Part shown: piece after piece, positions 24,690 to 37,362 of the stretch | Layout of the letters: the number at the start of each line of letters is the position of its first letter | How positions within the stretch are numbered: the first letter of the stretch is position 1 | Source: Bispira polyomma | Taxonomy: Eukaryota | DNA length: 64,000 nucleotides | Direction of reading: 5' to 3' | Assembly (NCBI GenBank): GCA_965649765.1 | Contig: OZ287748.1 | Span: 52,142,001-52,206,000, forward strand | Notes under the pieces: model-generated | What the model was told of the DNA's origin: nothing | Databases searched by the model: none | Seen by the model: the letters and a program-made list of their open reading frames with translations, nothing else | Translations under genes and position numbers: made by a program

Positions 24690-25920
24690 TTAATTTCACA
24701 CAGTTTGTCTCGAGTTCTACCCATCTACACAATTATATCCTAGACCCCACTATTGCTCGAGTCCAAACTGATAAATAATGTCTTGCTAATGTCGCCCATC
24801 TTACATTGCCCAAACCTATGTCACAAATTCAGTGTGTGTTCAAATACTGTAGTATGACATTCTTGTATTTCGCCTCATGAACACCCATGCAAGAATGAGA
24901 ACAGCCTCAATCTGCAATATAATAAAACTTTATCCTCTATCCTGGATAGTCATGCTCCATGGTTTTTAAAACCCTTTCACTCTCTGACTGCCATTACTGG
25001 ACTAATCCAGACATAAAGGAAGCCAAACGATGTAAACATTAACTTGAACGTCTAAGGCATCACAACAAATCACTATTTTGACAGGAAGCACCACAGAATC
25101 ATCGCAAACTGCTTCATGGAACTCAATTAATAAAATACAGTATTCTATCCTTGCCTGGTTATTTGTATCACTCCTATTACTAAAATTATTAACTTTTCAT
25201 TTAAGGATGTTCCTTTTCGCTCTTGTCTCTGACTACTTTAAAACAAAAAATTTTGTAAAGCAACATTGCTACCTGCTTACAGAGAGATTCTCTCCACAGA
25301 AAGTGCCCTCCTTTCCATCAGTAATGACGTAAACCTTGCCTTGGGCTGTGATGAAACGGCAGCCCTCAAACTTCTAGATCTCTCAGCTGCTTTTGACACT
25401 ATTGACCATGGTTTACCATTTGATACCCTTAAACAGTGGTTTGGACTAAATGGCACTGTCCTTGATTGGATTAAATTTTATCGCGCTCTCAGAACTTCCA
25501 AAATCTAACTGGATATTCACTTTTCATCCTCTTTCAACCTACCATTTAAAGTATTCCCGGGGTCTGTCATCAGGCCTCTTCTTTTTACTCTCGATACACA
25601 TCCCCTTAACACAGTCATTAATAATCAAAATGTTAAACACCATATGTGTGCTGATGACACTCAGATGTATCTTTATCTCACCCATCACAATGCCCATAAA
25701 AATCTTGGTCTACTTTGCTGACTGCCCCTCTTCTGTCCAAGCTTGGATGAATTGTTCCAAATTAAAATTAACTCCTGACAAAACTGAATTCATTCTCATT
25801 GGTAGCCAGTAACACAGTGGTTACTAAAGATCAATATTCCTCATTGCAGTACTGGGGAAAGATATACAATCTTCTCATAACATTTAGAACTAGGGTGTCA
25901 CTATAGACTCTGCTTTCTCA
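24690..25920 (+). mobile_element. L2 LINE ORF2 remnant (5' part)
   Basis: STESALLSISND...LLDLSAAFDTIDH, CADDTQ, KLKLTPDKTEFILIG. Confidence 0.85.
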
Positions 25921-26469
25921 CATCAGTCCAGAGGATAACGCCACTTCCCCCTCCAGAGTTTGGCCAGCCCCCTGTGTTGTCTGCTCAGTGGGATTGTTTA
26001 TACAGATAACACAGAGCTGATGTAGGATTGCCTTTGACAATGATTTAATTTTCAGTACATTCCCCTATTATATGCATTTGACTAAATATTTCAAATTAAT
26101 TATTATACTCTTTTTAATACATTTGCGTGATACATGACATAAATATTCAAGACAATGTTATAAAGATGTTATGTACAAAATTTTCTGTGACAGCTTAAAT
26201 AATGTTAACTGAATTAATTACACAATAAAAAGGAAAAATCATAATTTTTTTCAACTTGGTAGTGATTTTCAGCAAGTGACAATTTTTTAAATTTTAGAAC
26301 AGAACATGCTGTGCGGATGTTTTAAAAAAAAGACTCAATTTATATTTATTTTTACCCACAAAGTTATTTTAAACCCTGAATTTTCGAAACTTAAATCGCT
26401 ATATTTCAGTAACGATCGGATATTTTTTGACGGGTAAAATAATAAAAATTGAGCATGAGGTTGGGTCAG

Positions 26470-26822
26470 TCTACCACACTTTTACCGTTGAGTTTAAGGT
26501 GACATACAATAAGGTTCCTCCTCAGGTCCATATACATCTGTGTACCAAATAGGAATAAAATCCATCAAGCAGTTTTAGAGTCCGAAATGACTGAAACATG
26601 CTGTAACCTTAAAGTCGTCATAAAATTGTAACTCTTAGGAGTTTAAGGTCACCATACAATAGGGTTCCTCCTCAGGTCCGTATACAGCAAATCTAAATGA
26701 AATCCATCAAGCGGTTTTCAAGTTAGAGTCGGGAAATGAAAGCGTGACGACGACAACGATGACAACACCGATGATAGACAAAGCAATCCCTATGTGTACG
26801 CCAGAGCAGGCGACACAAAAAA
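26470..26822 (+). repeat. Helitron/Helentron-like non-autonomous repeat fragment
   Basis: Duplicated internal unit (AAGGT.ACATACAATA.GGTTCCTCCTCAGGTCC), short GAC microsatellite, 3' hairpin TGTGTACGCC...GGCGACACA followed by an A-run. Confidence 0.45.
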
Positions 26823-26829
26823 TGGTCAC

Positions 26830-27539
26830 TCATTGAAAATAGGACCCACCAACACTTTTTCCCCCATTTTGTACAATTTATGGGTCCTGTCAATCAGTCA
26901 ATTATTATCCGATAAACGGATTGATCTAAAAATTTACAGATGTCTGGGCATTTGTATTTGTAAAATGTTTGCCACTCTTCATGAACTATGACAAGTATTT
27001 CAAACAAAAAGTTAATAAAAGGGCGAGATAGAGCAAACTACTCATTTGAGGTGCTCCGTGCTCATTGGGTACTGGACTACAGTCCTGAACATATCATACA
27101 TAAAATTAAAAAGTAGATAGATAGCCGAAATCTCAAATGTTTCCGAGATAGCAAAAAATACAAATTTTTCAATTAAAATCAGTCAGCTATCAATCAGTCA
27201 ATAATCATCCAATTGATCTCAAAAGAGTGCCAGGATATTCTCCCGGATATTTGTCTTACCAAATTTATGCCAAATTTCATTGAGCTATGACAAATACTTT
27301 CCAAGAAAACCAAGTGGCAAGCTCTTTTAGACCCCCAGGGTCATGTGACCTTTAAGTAGATCAAAGTTCAAATACAAGTATTTGAAAAGAATTTCCCATT
27401 TCTCGTTAAAATAAGTGCCAAAAATAATTTTGAATTCACCTCATATTCAAGCAGATATTCAAGGAAGACCATTAGGCGAAGGAAACAAGACGGGTAAACA
27501 AATACGGCCCTTTTTAAAGGGACGCTTAGTAATTACTAG
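26830..27539 (+). repeat. Probable Helitron-type non-autonomous fragment (3' end)
   Basis: Duplicated internal unit; terminal hairpin CCCTTT..AAAGGG at ~27508-27521, then CTAG (27536-39) followed by T. Confidence 0.4.
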
Positions 27540-28539
27540 TTCTGGATTTGACACTTTTAAAGAATCAAAAAAACTGGTATTCATACACACACTATTTGTT
27601 AGAAAGAACTCCAAACTAAAGGTTGGGCACAGGTTTTAGCACTATGCTTCAGTCTTGGTAAAAATACAGATTCTTTTCTACTTGGCCAGTTGGAGGTGGT
27701 ATCGCTCTCCATGGTTCCCTTTTTTATTTGTCATGTTTTATTACTTATTAGGTGGGATAAAAAAGTAACACTAGTATTACTCTATTAAAAAATGTTCAGA
27801 GCTCACTAGTAGTCTGTGGGCCAAGTATGGCTCTGTATGACTGGATGTATGTGTGTGTATTGCTGCACGAAAATAGGATCCTCAGTATATATAGATGCAT
27901 GTGACCAATATTATATGTTTTTCTGAAACCTTTACTTTTATAATTATAAGATTTGACTTTGTCAAAGAACATAGCTAAATTTAATACCGTATTAATAATT
28001 ATATTGCAAACAAAAATTATATTAAAAGTATATATATTGTGTTTTTATAAAATACTTCACTGAATGTATTATTCAGCTTCCCACAAATTGTTATCAAATA
28101 CTTACTACTGGTAGTACTGGGGAAGTATTTTGTCTTATCCCCTATGGTCAATTAATGTAAACCACCAAAATTTGTCTAATGATCACATCACAATAATTGA
28201 CAATATCTAGACAGTTCCTGTGTTTTATTAGTTTTTAATTCTTTAAAAATGAGAAATTAATCACTTATAATGTTTTTTGGTAAATGTTTTATGTGTGATT
28301 TTTATGCAAATTGTAATTATAAGTATAAAGTGTATATTAATAAGTGTAACATATGAGGTGGTTTAATGCAATATACCTTCTGAGAAGCACACATATCTTT
28401 AGACCTGTGCTAAACATAAACAGTTCTACATGGGTTGCTGACAGATATGTTTTTGAAGCAGCATGCATTCAAACCCAGTTAAAGGTCCCAAAAGCAGTTT
28501 TCATCAAGACTGACATGCACATCAGCGAAATCACACTCA

Positions 28540-29170
28540 AGTTATCAAAAGTAAGGTCTATTCAAAACTAATTATGTAGAGTATTTTTTTTGTCTCGGCA
28601 TACGTCGCAATGTCTCTCCATACCTGGACGTTTTACATTGGCTTCCCATTTATTATCGAATTCTGTTTGAAATCCATGTCACCACTTTGGAAGCTGTTGT
28701 TTGTCAACAGCCCTCCTAACTTGCTCCTTGTATTTCCACCAGTAACTTCAAGAATGGAGAGAGACTTTTTGTTTCCTCTGTTAAACCCAACAACAAGGCA
28801 TGATCTCGATCTTTCCCAATCCCTGCTCCTGTTATATGGAATAGTCTTCCAATTGAGCTTAGATTCGAAGAAGCACCTTCTGTCTTCAAGAGAAAACCTG
28901 TACACCTCACATCATTCCTTGCGATCTGGCTATGTTTACCAGACTTCCCCATTCTATTTGGTTGAGTGATTTTTTGTTGCTTTTTAGAAGATGCCACGCA
29001 TATTCCATCTAGTTTTTCTGTAGGCATTCGGCTAAAAGCACAAATGTACATAATAAACAGGTTTCTGTACTTTAACATCTATATTTTTTTTACTGTATTT
29101 GCATATCCAGGCTTATGTGTTTATGTCTTCTGTTTTTATCTTTACAACTATTTTAGGACATTTTAGTTTA
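28540..29170 (+). mobile_element. L2 LINE 3' remnant
   Basis: IQN.LCR...LHWLP...; APVIWNSLPIELR; likely continuation of 24690-25920. Confidence 0.7.
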
Positions 29171-29369
29171 GTTGCTTATGTTAATTCATAATGTACTCGT
29201 GTATTTAGTAACACATTTTGCCAATTAAGCATACTCACTGGCATGCTTATTGTAAAGTGAATTAACAAAGTGTATTTATAAATAGAATTAATCAGTTACC
29301 AATGTTGCTATTACGTTATAGGTCACGTGTTGTAATTGCGTTATTATTTATACTGACATGATACATCCC

Positions 29370-29995
29370 ACCCACATGTCACAACATGACCTCAGTGACA
29401 GGATATTATAGTCTTTTGTACAGGGACTTCTCTGCCACATGTCACAACATGACCTTAATGATATGATATTATACTCGTGTATACAGGGGGCTTCTCTGCC
29501 ACGTGTCACTACATGACCTTAATGATATGATATTATAGTCTTTTATACAGGAGCTTCTCTCCCACATGTCACTATATAACCTCAGTGATATGATATTATA
29601 GTCTTTAAAACAGTGACTTCTCTCCCACATGTCACAACATGACCTTAGTGATATGATATTATACTACTGGGCCGTGGTGGCCTAGTGGTTAGCAAGCATT
29701 GCGCTTCACAATCACTGGTCTCTAACCTCTGGGCGGCGTGAGTTCGAATCCCATCGATGCCTATGTGGGAAAGGTGGTAGTTCCTTACTGTGGGCCACTG
29801 GTTTCAGTGCAGAACCTTGACCAACTATATGCAGTGTTTCCTCCAGCGTTTCCAATTACCCGTCCCAATATAACCTAAACAGGTACTATAGTGGACGTTA
29901 AATATCCAAATTCAAATTCAAATACACTCCTGTATACAGTGACTTCTCTCCCACATATCACAACATGACCTTAGTGATAAAATATTATAGTCATG
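29370..29995. repeat. ~62-bp minisatellite interrupted by a SINE
   Basis: Unit CCACATGTCACAACATGACCTTAGTGATATGATATTATAGTC...CTTCTCT; ~5 copies left of the SINE and 1 right. Confidence 0.85.
29669..29922 (+). mobile_element. tRNA-derived SINE (copy 1)
   Basis: A box TGGCCTAGTGG, B box GTTCGAATCC, body, (CAAATT)n tail; homologous to 31124-31381. Confidence 0.9.
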
Positions 29996-30006
29996 TACAT
30001 GTACTG

Positions 30007-30113
30007 GGGTGGTATTTACGAAGGGACTTAGCCAAGTCTTAGGCTTATCTCTCTATACTTTTGTGTTAGATTTAAGCCTAAGACCTCGCTAAGTCCCTTC
30101 GTGAATATGGGCC
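30007..30113. mobile_element. Small hairpin MITE (Harbinger-like)
   Basis: TATTTACGAAGGGACTTAGC..GTCTTAGGCTT inverted against AAGCCTAAGAC..GCTAAGTCCCTTCGTGAATA; CTG flanks at 30004-06 / 30114-16. Confidence 0.65.
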
Positions 30114-31123
30114 CTGTGCAATACTATTCCAAATATAGAATATACATAAAAAAGTAATCATCGCTAGTGTTCTGGAGTTACCATCAAGTGGGCCAAATTT
30201 ATATGAAGAGTACATTATGAAAAACCTGTAAATGGACATTGAGGAGTAAACTTAAAGGTTATTTTGCCATAGTTTTAGCATTTTAAAAGTACATGTGTCT
30301 TTCCTAACTAGTCACACAAATGAATGTAAATTTAGAGCTACTTGTCATTGACTTGTTTTATTTCTTTAGCGGTTACAAACGTTGTGCAAATTTCTAACAT
30401 TGGGTGGGTAAAAGAAGGGTACTCGGTTCTTACTTGGGCTGATTTTACAGACTGCTGACAACATAGACTGCAAATTAATTTCATGTCAAAGGAATCCCAG
30501 CAAAAAATTGATGGGCGAAATTTGTCTTGTGTGCATGGCATCCCAGTTGGAGTTCTGTCAACACCCACAAAGGACGGGGGCGACCTGCGATTACTCGCCA
30601 GATTTATTAATTTTCACACTGATTTACTGATTATTTTTGTAACTATGCGCTGTAGTGTTCTTACAGATGCATCTTTCCACATTTTTATTATGGTTTCTAG
30701 GATGAAACCATGAAGTATTGAACTTGAAGTATTGATGTGCATACAAAAGAACACGTTATGGTCTTCTTACCACAGCTATAGACCTGTGCACTCCCCTTCA
30801 TGTTCTAAATGTATTTAGTTAATAAACAAATAAATTGACCTTACACAGCTTATGCCAAATAATGATCCAGGTTTAAATGAGAAACAAGAGAACAACACAA
30901 AGATGGTATGAGGTGTTTACACAGAATTTCAAAAGACAGTGTCCTTCTCCATTGCATGCTTTGATAAGTACATTTAAGTGACATTCATCACATATAGTTA
31001 AATTCATCACAAGACGGTGCCTTAATAGTCCCGACTGCTTGTTACACCACTGATCATTGTCTCTGTTAGATTTATTGTTACTTGAATATTATAAGTAGGT
31101 ATTCTACTAATCTAATCTTTGAA

Positions 31124-31381
31124 TTGGAATTGGAATTTTGGATATTTAACGTCCACTCTAGTACCTTTTAGTAGGCAATATTGAGACGAGTAGTTGGAAA
31201 CACTGGAGGAAACACTGCAGACAGTTGGTCAAGGTTCTGCACTGCAACCAGCGACCAACAGTAAGGAACTACCACCTTTCCCACATAGGCATCAACAGGA
31301 TTCGAACTCACGCCGCCCAGAGGTGAGAGACCAGTGATTGTGAAGCGCAATGCTTGCTAACCACCAGGCCACCGTGGCCCC
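31124..31381 (-). mobile_element. tRNA-derived SINE (copy 2) with 13-bp TSD
   Basis: Same family as 29669-29922; TSD TCTAATCTTTGAA at 31111-23 / 31382-94. Confidence 0.92.
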
Positions 31382-31409
31382 TCTAATCTTTGAAGGCACA
31401 ATATCTTGA

Positions 31410-32775
31410 ACATATGATAGTGTATGTAAGACACATACAATTTACTGATATTGTATGTATCACAGATACAATTTATTAATATATGATATTGTATGTGAAA
31501 CGACCCGCCACAGAAAGGCTATATCAATTCCCTTCTTTTACTGCTGTCGGTGTTTGCGGTGGTTTCTCCACCCACTGCTTTTGTATATAATATACATAAC
31601 TTAGCAAAGTTGGTCAATAATTTAAGGTCATCTTAAAATGTTTAATGTAATGTAAGACTTCTACTGTGGGTCAATTTGTCTTTAAACTTGCATATTTAGT
31701 GTGTTATAATTATAAGCTGGCAAATGTATACAGTCAAATTCATATTAAATGTAAATGTTATATTAGTAAACAGGTGCAAGGTCTTCATAAGAATATCCGG
31801 AGATTCACCGGGAAGCACCGTAATTGTGTATATAAACAAGTGGGTTTTTGCAGGAGGAGAGGGTGGCCTAGAGTGTGTTCCAGTATAACTGGTAAACAAA
31901 CAGTATACCAGGAAATATATACTGGAAGCTCTTTTTGCCGCAGTAAAATATGGTAAATATTAATTATACTTAGCCCTGTACTTACAGAAGATACTGGGAG
32001 GTCAGTTCACACTATGGTTTGGTGGAGCCTGCATCAGTGCACTGGCACTTTTAGGGGCCACCATTAAGTTAGGTGAATGGCATCCCAGTACTAGCTAGTT
32101 TGATGGGTTCAGTTAATGTTTCTTTGTGTCTTAAATATAATCCAATAGTGTATTAAAACTGGTGAGTTATGAGAACTCTGCTCAATTGTAAAAACATGTA
32201 ATGAAGTTATAAAATGAGTCTTTAAATAAAAGAAGATATATTTTAACTCTATAATTAGTCTTTTAATCTTTTATTAAGTATCCCGAAATACAGCCAAGTG
32301 TCCATTTCATACCAAGCGTGATCGTAAGAGGTTCTTGTTATACTATGGGAACCTTAGTCGTGGTCAGTGACTGGTCACTATAACTTTGAACACAACGCGA
32401 AGTCAGATCAGTTGAACATTCAGATGCAGCTGTTTATATTTTGAACTTGAGACTATACTGAAGGTCGCCACATATGTATCACAGATACAATTTATGAATA
32501 TATGATATTGTATGCATCCACAGATACAATTTGCTAATATATGATTTTGTTTGTATCACAGATACAATTTACCAATATATGATCTTGTATGTATTCACAC
32601 ATACAATTTGCTAATATATGATATTGTATGCATACACAGATACAATTTGCTAATATATGATACTGTATGTATTCACACATACAATTTGCTAATATATGAT
32701 ATTGTATGTATTCACACATACAATTTACTAATATATGATATTGTATGTATCACAGATACAATTTACTAACATATA
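31410..32775. repeat. ~38-39-bp minisatellite interrupted by a solo LTR
   Basis: Unit ATATATGATATTGTATGTATCACAGATACAATTTRCTA on both sides of 31496-32472. Confidence 0.85.
31496..32472 (+). mobile_element. Solo LTR (Gypsy-type)
   Basis: TG..CA termini with imperfect IR (TGAAACGACC / GGTCGCCACA); 4-bp TSD TATG; TATA-like at ~31829; AATAAA at ~32225; non-coding. Confidence 0.75.
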
Positions 32776-34335
32776 TCTTATGACAGTTTACAGTTTGATA
32801 TCATACAAGCTAGATTTATAAAGATTATTTGCAAATTAGAAAGAAGAGAGGGTTAAAATGAATAGTAGACCAATCTCAAGACTATGTTGAAAGATGTTAC
32901 TAATGGGGATGAAAAACATTTTAGAAAAAGACTCCATGGCAGTCAAATAACACTCATACCAAACGAATCACCAGTGCAAACATATAAACACTAAAATAGA
33001 GACAAATGTAAAGATGGCACGTTTAAAAATCATCCCTTAAAATCAACCCACAAGTGTGTAGTTTGATACTGAATCATGGGTATCCAGATCACCGTGTACC
33101 AGTACAAATATGCCCACTGGCCAAAAATAAAAATGGTCCACAATAACAATCGATTTCATAAATATGGTGCTACTTGTATAACTTGTATAGTTATATACAT
33201 GTACTTTTACAAACATTTGTACAAATGGTAACAAAAGAAAAACAGGTGAAATGGAATGCTTTTAATAATTCTACAAACTAAGTACAACTGAAGCACAGGC
33301 TATAAATTAGCTGCCAATACTAGACTGGTATCATTTTCATACAGATGAAATATTGAAACATGATCTTTAGGACAATGCATTCACGGCAAAATTGCACTCC
33401 ATCGAATTCACCATTTTTACGTGTCAGTGGATGTTTAATTACACTTTCTTTTCTTCAATTAAAGGAGTACAAAGTATTGACGAAAGGAATCCTACATATA
33501 ACGCTTTCTGACTGTGCATATGAACAACTTCTCACAAGGAATTTGATTATTTTTCAGTAATTAAAGTTAAAGATTTAATGATTTTAGTTCTATCTACAAT
33601 TCTAACAGCATAATCTTTCATAGAACAGTGTTTGATTTCCAGTGCCCAAGAGTATGTTAGTATGGAATGTTACAGCATGAGGTACAGACATTCCTGAAGC
33701 TATCTCAGAGGAACTTCTGCTACTATTTAATATCAAAATTATGGCCCAATTATATGATAGGGGTCACTCCTTGGCATTTTGCCCCGACTGGTGTCGACAG
33801 TTCCTCGGTGTGTGGGCAAATGATAGATATTTAACCAACAACTCACAGTAAGAAAAGATTGAGGTTAAATACTTTATTATATATATATGATTTCTACTAC
33901 TAACATATTTTTTATATACAGTTTCTTTGTAGAATACGTAATACTGTTGTGGGCATAAGGTCCCCTTAACTCAAGTGAGTTTAAGGCCTTGAGCTTATAC
34001 AAAGCTTACGTTTAGGTGATCTTAGGTACAATGAGTTTAAGAGTGTAAGTTTGCCAAAGTTGACTTTGAGTCCAAACTTAGAGGATTTGAGTTTAAGGTT
34101 AAGAGTTTAAGTTTGGTAGAAATTTTAATTTAAGTGCAAACTTAAGAGATTAAACTTTAAATTTATGCTAGTCTAAAGTTTGACTTGGGGTTTTAAGTCG
34201 AACTTTAGATACTTGAGTACAGTATGTACTAATATAATGAAGGGGGGGACCTTATGCCCAAAAAAGGTATAATATTTAGTGTTATTTTGACAGATCTTAA
34301 GCCTAAATATTTAAGTTAGACCACCAAGCCCCAAA

Positions 34336-35247
34336 CTAGTAGGTGTTTTGTAAGACATCTTTAAAGGAATCTACAACTTGAGTACCAGCATCAGCAGAGT
34401 CTGAGATGTAACGCCACACGCAATCCGACGTCCAGGTGCCATGTTTTTGAATATCCTGAATCTTGACATTATTGTTAAAGGCAAAGGTTGTACCTGAACG
34501 TCGGAAGGCGTGAACGTCGGAAGGTGCCTTCGCACATGTGTGTCCGTTAGTGGAACCCACGAGCCTTGGAGTTTAAACTGAAATAATGGGAGATTTTTCC
34601 CTTTTGGTGAGATGGCTAACACAGCTTTCAAGGCCTGAACAGGACAAAGAATTGCATTTTGTATACTTGGGACGGTTAGCAATCGAACTGCATCATTTCT
34701 CTGCAGCGTCTTAGACCATTTGACCATGATGACTGCATACCCTGGCTTAAACAAAACATCAGCTCTAGCTAATTGCTTAAGAGGAGAGTATGACCCCATT
34801 GAATGAGGACACAGATTGGATAAACGCAAAAATGTGAAAAAACTTGTCAAATAAACAGCCTTGAAAATTTGGCCCATGTAAGTACTATCACATTTACTAA
34901 TGAGAGCCCTAAGCAAGTGCACATCAAAAACTGACTTCAAATTCGCTTGTAAAGGTCTATGCATAGCCAAGGCTTTAGTGAAATAAGAAATTCTCTGATC
35001 AGAAAATACTTGAACATCTATATGAAACATTTTGCCTTCACAGCCGAAACACCATTGAAATTTAGAAACTCTAAATATGCTAAAATTGGCAACACAGTCA
35101 CCTTGTGAGGAGGCCACGACATAAAGACTCCAAAAGCTAGGAACTGTCGGAACATTCTGTCATATGCTTTATTAGTGGCTGGAGTAAGAGCTGAGTTCAG
35201 CCTATCACAAGCCCGTCTCATCAGAGCCAGACCCACAGGGTGAGTGC
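34336..35247 (-). pseudogene. Tyrosine recombinase (frameshifted, small deletions)
   Basis: FFTFLRLSNL, KWSKT, HAFRRSG, HGTWTSDCVWRY. Confidence 0.92.
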
Positions 35248-35271
35248 CTGGAAAAGAAAAACTAAAACCTG

Positions 35272-37362
35272 CTATATGAGAGTGTTCACATGAAGTAAAT
35301 TTTCAGGGGCAGGAAGCCATTGAATTGGTCCAGCCAGTTGGTTTAGTAATAGGTGGTTACTTTCTGTCTCGGCCCATCTTGGAAGTAAGTTAGCCACTTT
35401 ATTTTCTCTACCTAGAATATGGACTACAACAATTTCATTATCAAACTTACTGGCTAACATGTTTATGTTTCTGGTATAAGTGGCCAATATGGGGTCTCTA
35501 GTACGGCCTGTCTGTAAGACAATGACTACTGCCTGATTGTCACATCTTACTAAAATTCTCTGACCCTTCCATTTTTGGACCCATAACTTCATTGCTACCA
35601 AAATGTTCAACATTTCAAGAGAAGCTATATTATACTCTGTCATACTTGTAGGAACTTTAATTTGGTATACTTGATTTTCATAAATCCCCCCCATACCTGT
35701 GAGGCAGGCATTCAATTCTATCTCGCCTGATATGGGTTTATGTAAGAAAAAGGAAACACCATTGAACTGCTCTGCAAAAGTTCTAAACCAATTTAAGCCA
35801 CGTCTGAATGCATCACTTATTACAATTTTGTTTTTACTGTGATTATCTCGTAGCAGTTCCAACATTCTATTCAAGAAAACCCGAGCATATTTAATACATT
35901 TAGAGATATATAGCAAAAGGCCCAGTAACAACTGTAGTTCTCTCTTGGTACAATAGTTTTTTGAAGCCCAATCCCTGCACTTGCTCTGAATTTCTGCCAT
36001 TTTTTCAGATGGGATAGAAGTTGTGCATTTGACTGTGTCAATTATTATGCCTAAACAGACTACCTCAGTGCTGGGTGGAACCAATTTTTTCTGGCTAACT
36101 GTAAGACCCAGTTCAGCAAGCAATTCTTGCAGTCTTATGAACGTTTTCTGAATTTGGCTGGGAAGTGATACACATAAAAAATCGTCGATATAATTGTGGA
36201 CGTTATGATTTTCTGAGTGCATTATGAAACGCACTGCATCCGAAATTCGTTGAAAAATAGTACTGCCATTCAAATAACCGAACGGCAGCGATTTATCGAC
36301 ATAGTAACATTTCCACTTCAACCCTAAGAGGTCAATGTCACCCGGGTCGATGGGGACGTGGCGAAATGCTCTACTCACGTCTATTTTAAATATCTGACAA
36401 CCCTTACCCAATTTAGACACTTCAGTAGTAAGATGATCAATGGAAGGGTAAGACAGTAAAAAATCGACACCCAGATACGAAGTCGGAGAAGCACCTGCAT
36501 TTACTGAAGCCCCCTGAGGCCAACTCAAATCCACAATCACACGTCTGTTAAACGAGTTGGGTTTATGTCTGGTCATTAAAGGGGAACAATGCAAATTCTG
36601 AATTGGTGGAGTGTCGAAAGGACCAAGCATTGCCCCAATGTCACATTCTTCCTTCATATAGGCATCTACATGTTGAGGAAATTCCTCTGCCGACTTATGG
36701 TTAGTTTCATTCGACTCAGTACGAATTTTTCGACACACATCAAGAGGGAATCCGTATTTTATAAGGAGAGGCAGTTGCCAATCCCAGTAGGTTTGTAAAT
36801 ACTTTCCCCACGTTTCAGCTTTTAATTGGGAATGGACAGGAATCTGGAGGCCAGTATAATTATGCCTGCCATCAAGACGTAGTTTCTCATGCATTTGTAA
36901 CATAGATAGTTTGTGCCCTCCCCCACCATGGTCAGCAATCTCACTGCCCAAAGCCGAGAGAAGAATAAATCCATAAGCATGACTACTCTGGTCCTGCCAT
37001 TTTTTGTGTGTTTGATTTGAGGCCGCCTTCTGCAGCAACTCCCTTTTATTTTTCTTGTGCTTTAAAGCACACGAATACTTATCAGAGGTTTCAACATTTT
37101 CATTAACACGTTCTGCGCAAGTACTTGTCTCTTGGTGCTTTGCAAAGCCCCCATTGTTACCCGGCGTGTTACTAGAGCGAACGACCCTCACAATGACTGC
37201 ATTGTCCTCCACAGGTATCTGTGCCAACGCGGAAAACCGGTTGTTAAGCTGAAGGCCACAATTAGCTTCATTGATGCGGCTCCTTTTGCCCCCCCTCTGA
37301 ATCGATATTCTAACACCTTTTGTCTCCACGCCCTGTTGCTTTGTGCATGGGGGTCGCTTCAC
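35272..37362 (-). CDS. Reverse transcriptase-RNase H of the YR retrotransposon (originally extending to ~37817)
   Basis: 696-aa ORF: VDLSWPQGASVN, KIDVSRAFRH, LPFG, NYIDDF, CLGIIID; RNase H NAC..GMG, IASLEMLN, CDNQAVV, HILGRENKVANL; some catalytic Asp residues appear as Asn. Confidence 0.92.
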   Translation of the reverse strand: MKRPPCTKQQGVETKGVRISIQRGGKRSRINEANCGLQLNNRFSALAQIPVEDNAVIVRVVRSSNTPGNNGGFAKHQETSTCAERVNENVETSDKYSCALKHKKNKRELLQKAASNQTHKKWQDQSSHAYGFILLSALGSEIADHGGGGHKLSMLQMHEKLRLDGRHNYTGLQIPVHSQLKAETWGKYLQTYWDWQLPLLIKYGFPLDVCRKIRTESNETNHKSAEEFPQHVDAYMKEECDIGAMLGPFDTPPIQNLHCSPLMTRHKPNSFNRRVIVDLSWPQGASVNAGASPTSYLGVDFLLSYPSIDHLTTEVSKLGKGCQIFKIDVSRAFRHVPIDPGDIDLLGLKWKCYYVDKSLPFGYLNGSTIFQRISDAVRFIMHSENHNVHNYIDDFLCVSLPSQIQKTFIRLQELLAELGLTVSQKKLVPPSTEVVCLGIIIDTVKCTTSIPSEKMAEIQSKCRDWASKNYCTKRELQLLLGLLLYISKCIKYARVFLNRMLELLRDNHSKNKIVISDAFRRGLNWFRTFAEQFNGVSFFLHKPISGEIELNACLTGMGGIYENQVYQIKVPTSMTEYNIASLEMLNILVAMKLWVQKWKGQRILVRCDNQAVVIVLQTGRTRDPILATYTRNINMLASKFDNEIVVVHILGRENKVANLLPRWAETESNHLLLNQLAGPIQWLPAPENLLHVNTLI

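Noticed and set aside
29669-29760. tRNA gene
   Set aside because: A/B boxes are present, but the sequence continues into a SINE body and tail and has a second dispersed copy with a TSD
30338-30713. Short ORFs as additional host exons
   Set aside because: In-frame stop upstream, no clear splice sites or recognisable domain
31621-31636. TTAAGGTCATCTTAA in the solo LTR resembling the YR 3' module
   Set aside because: Single short match with no other homology
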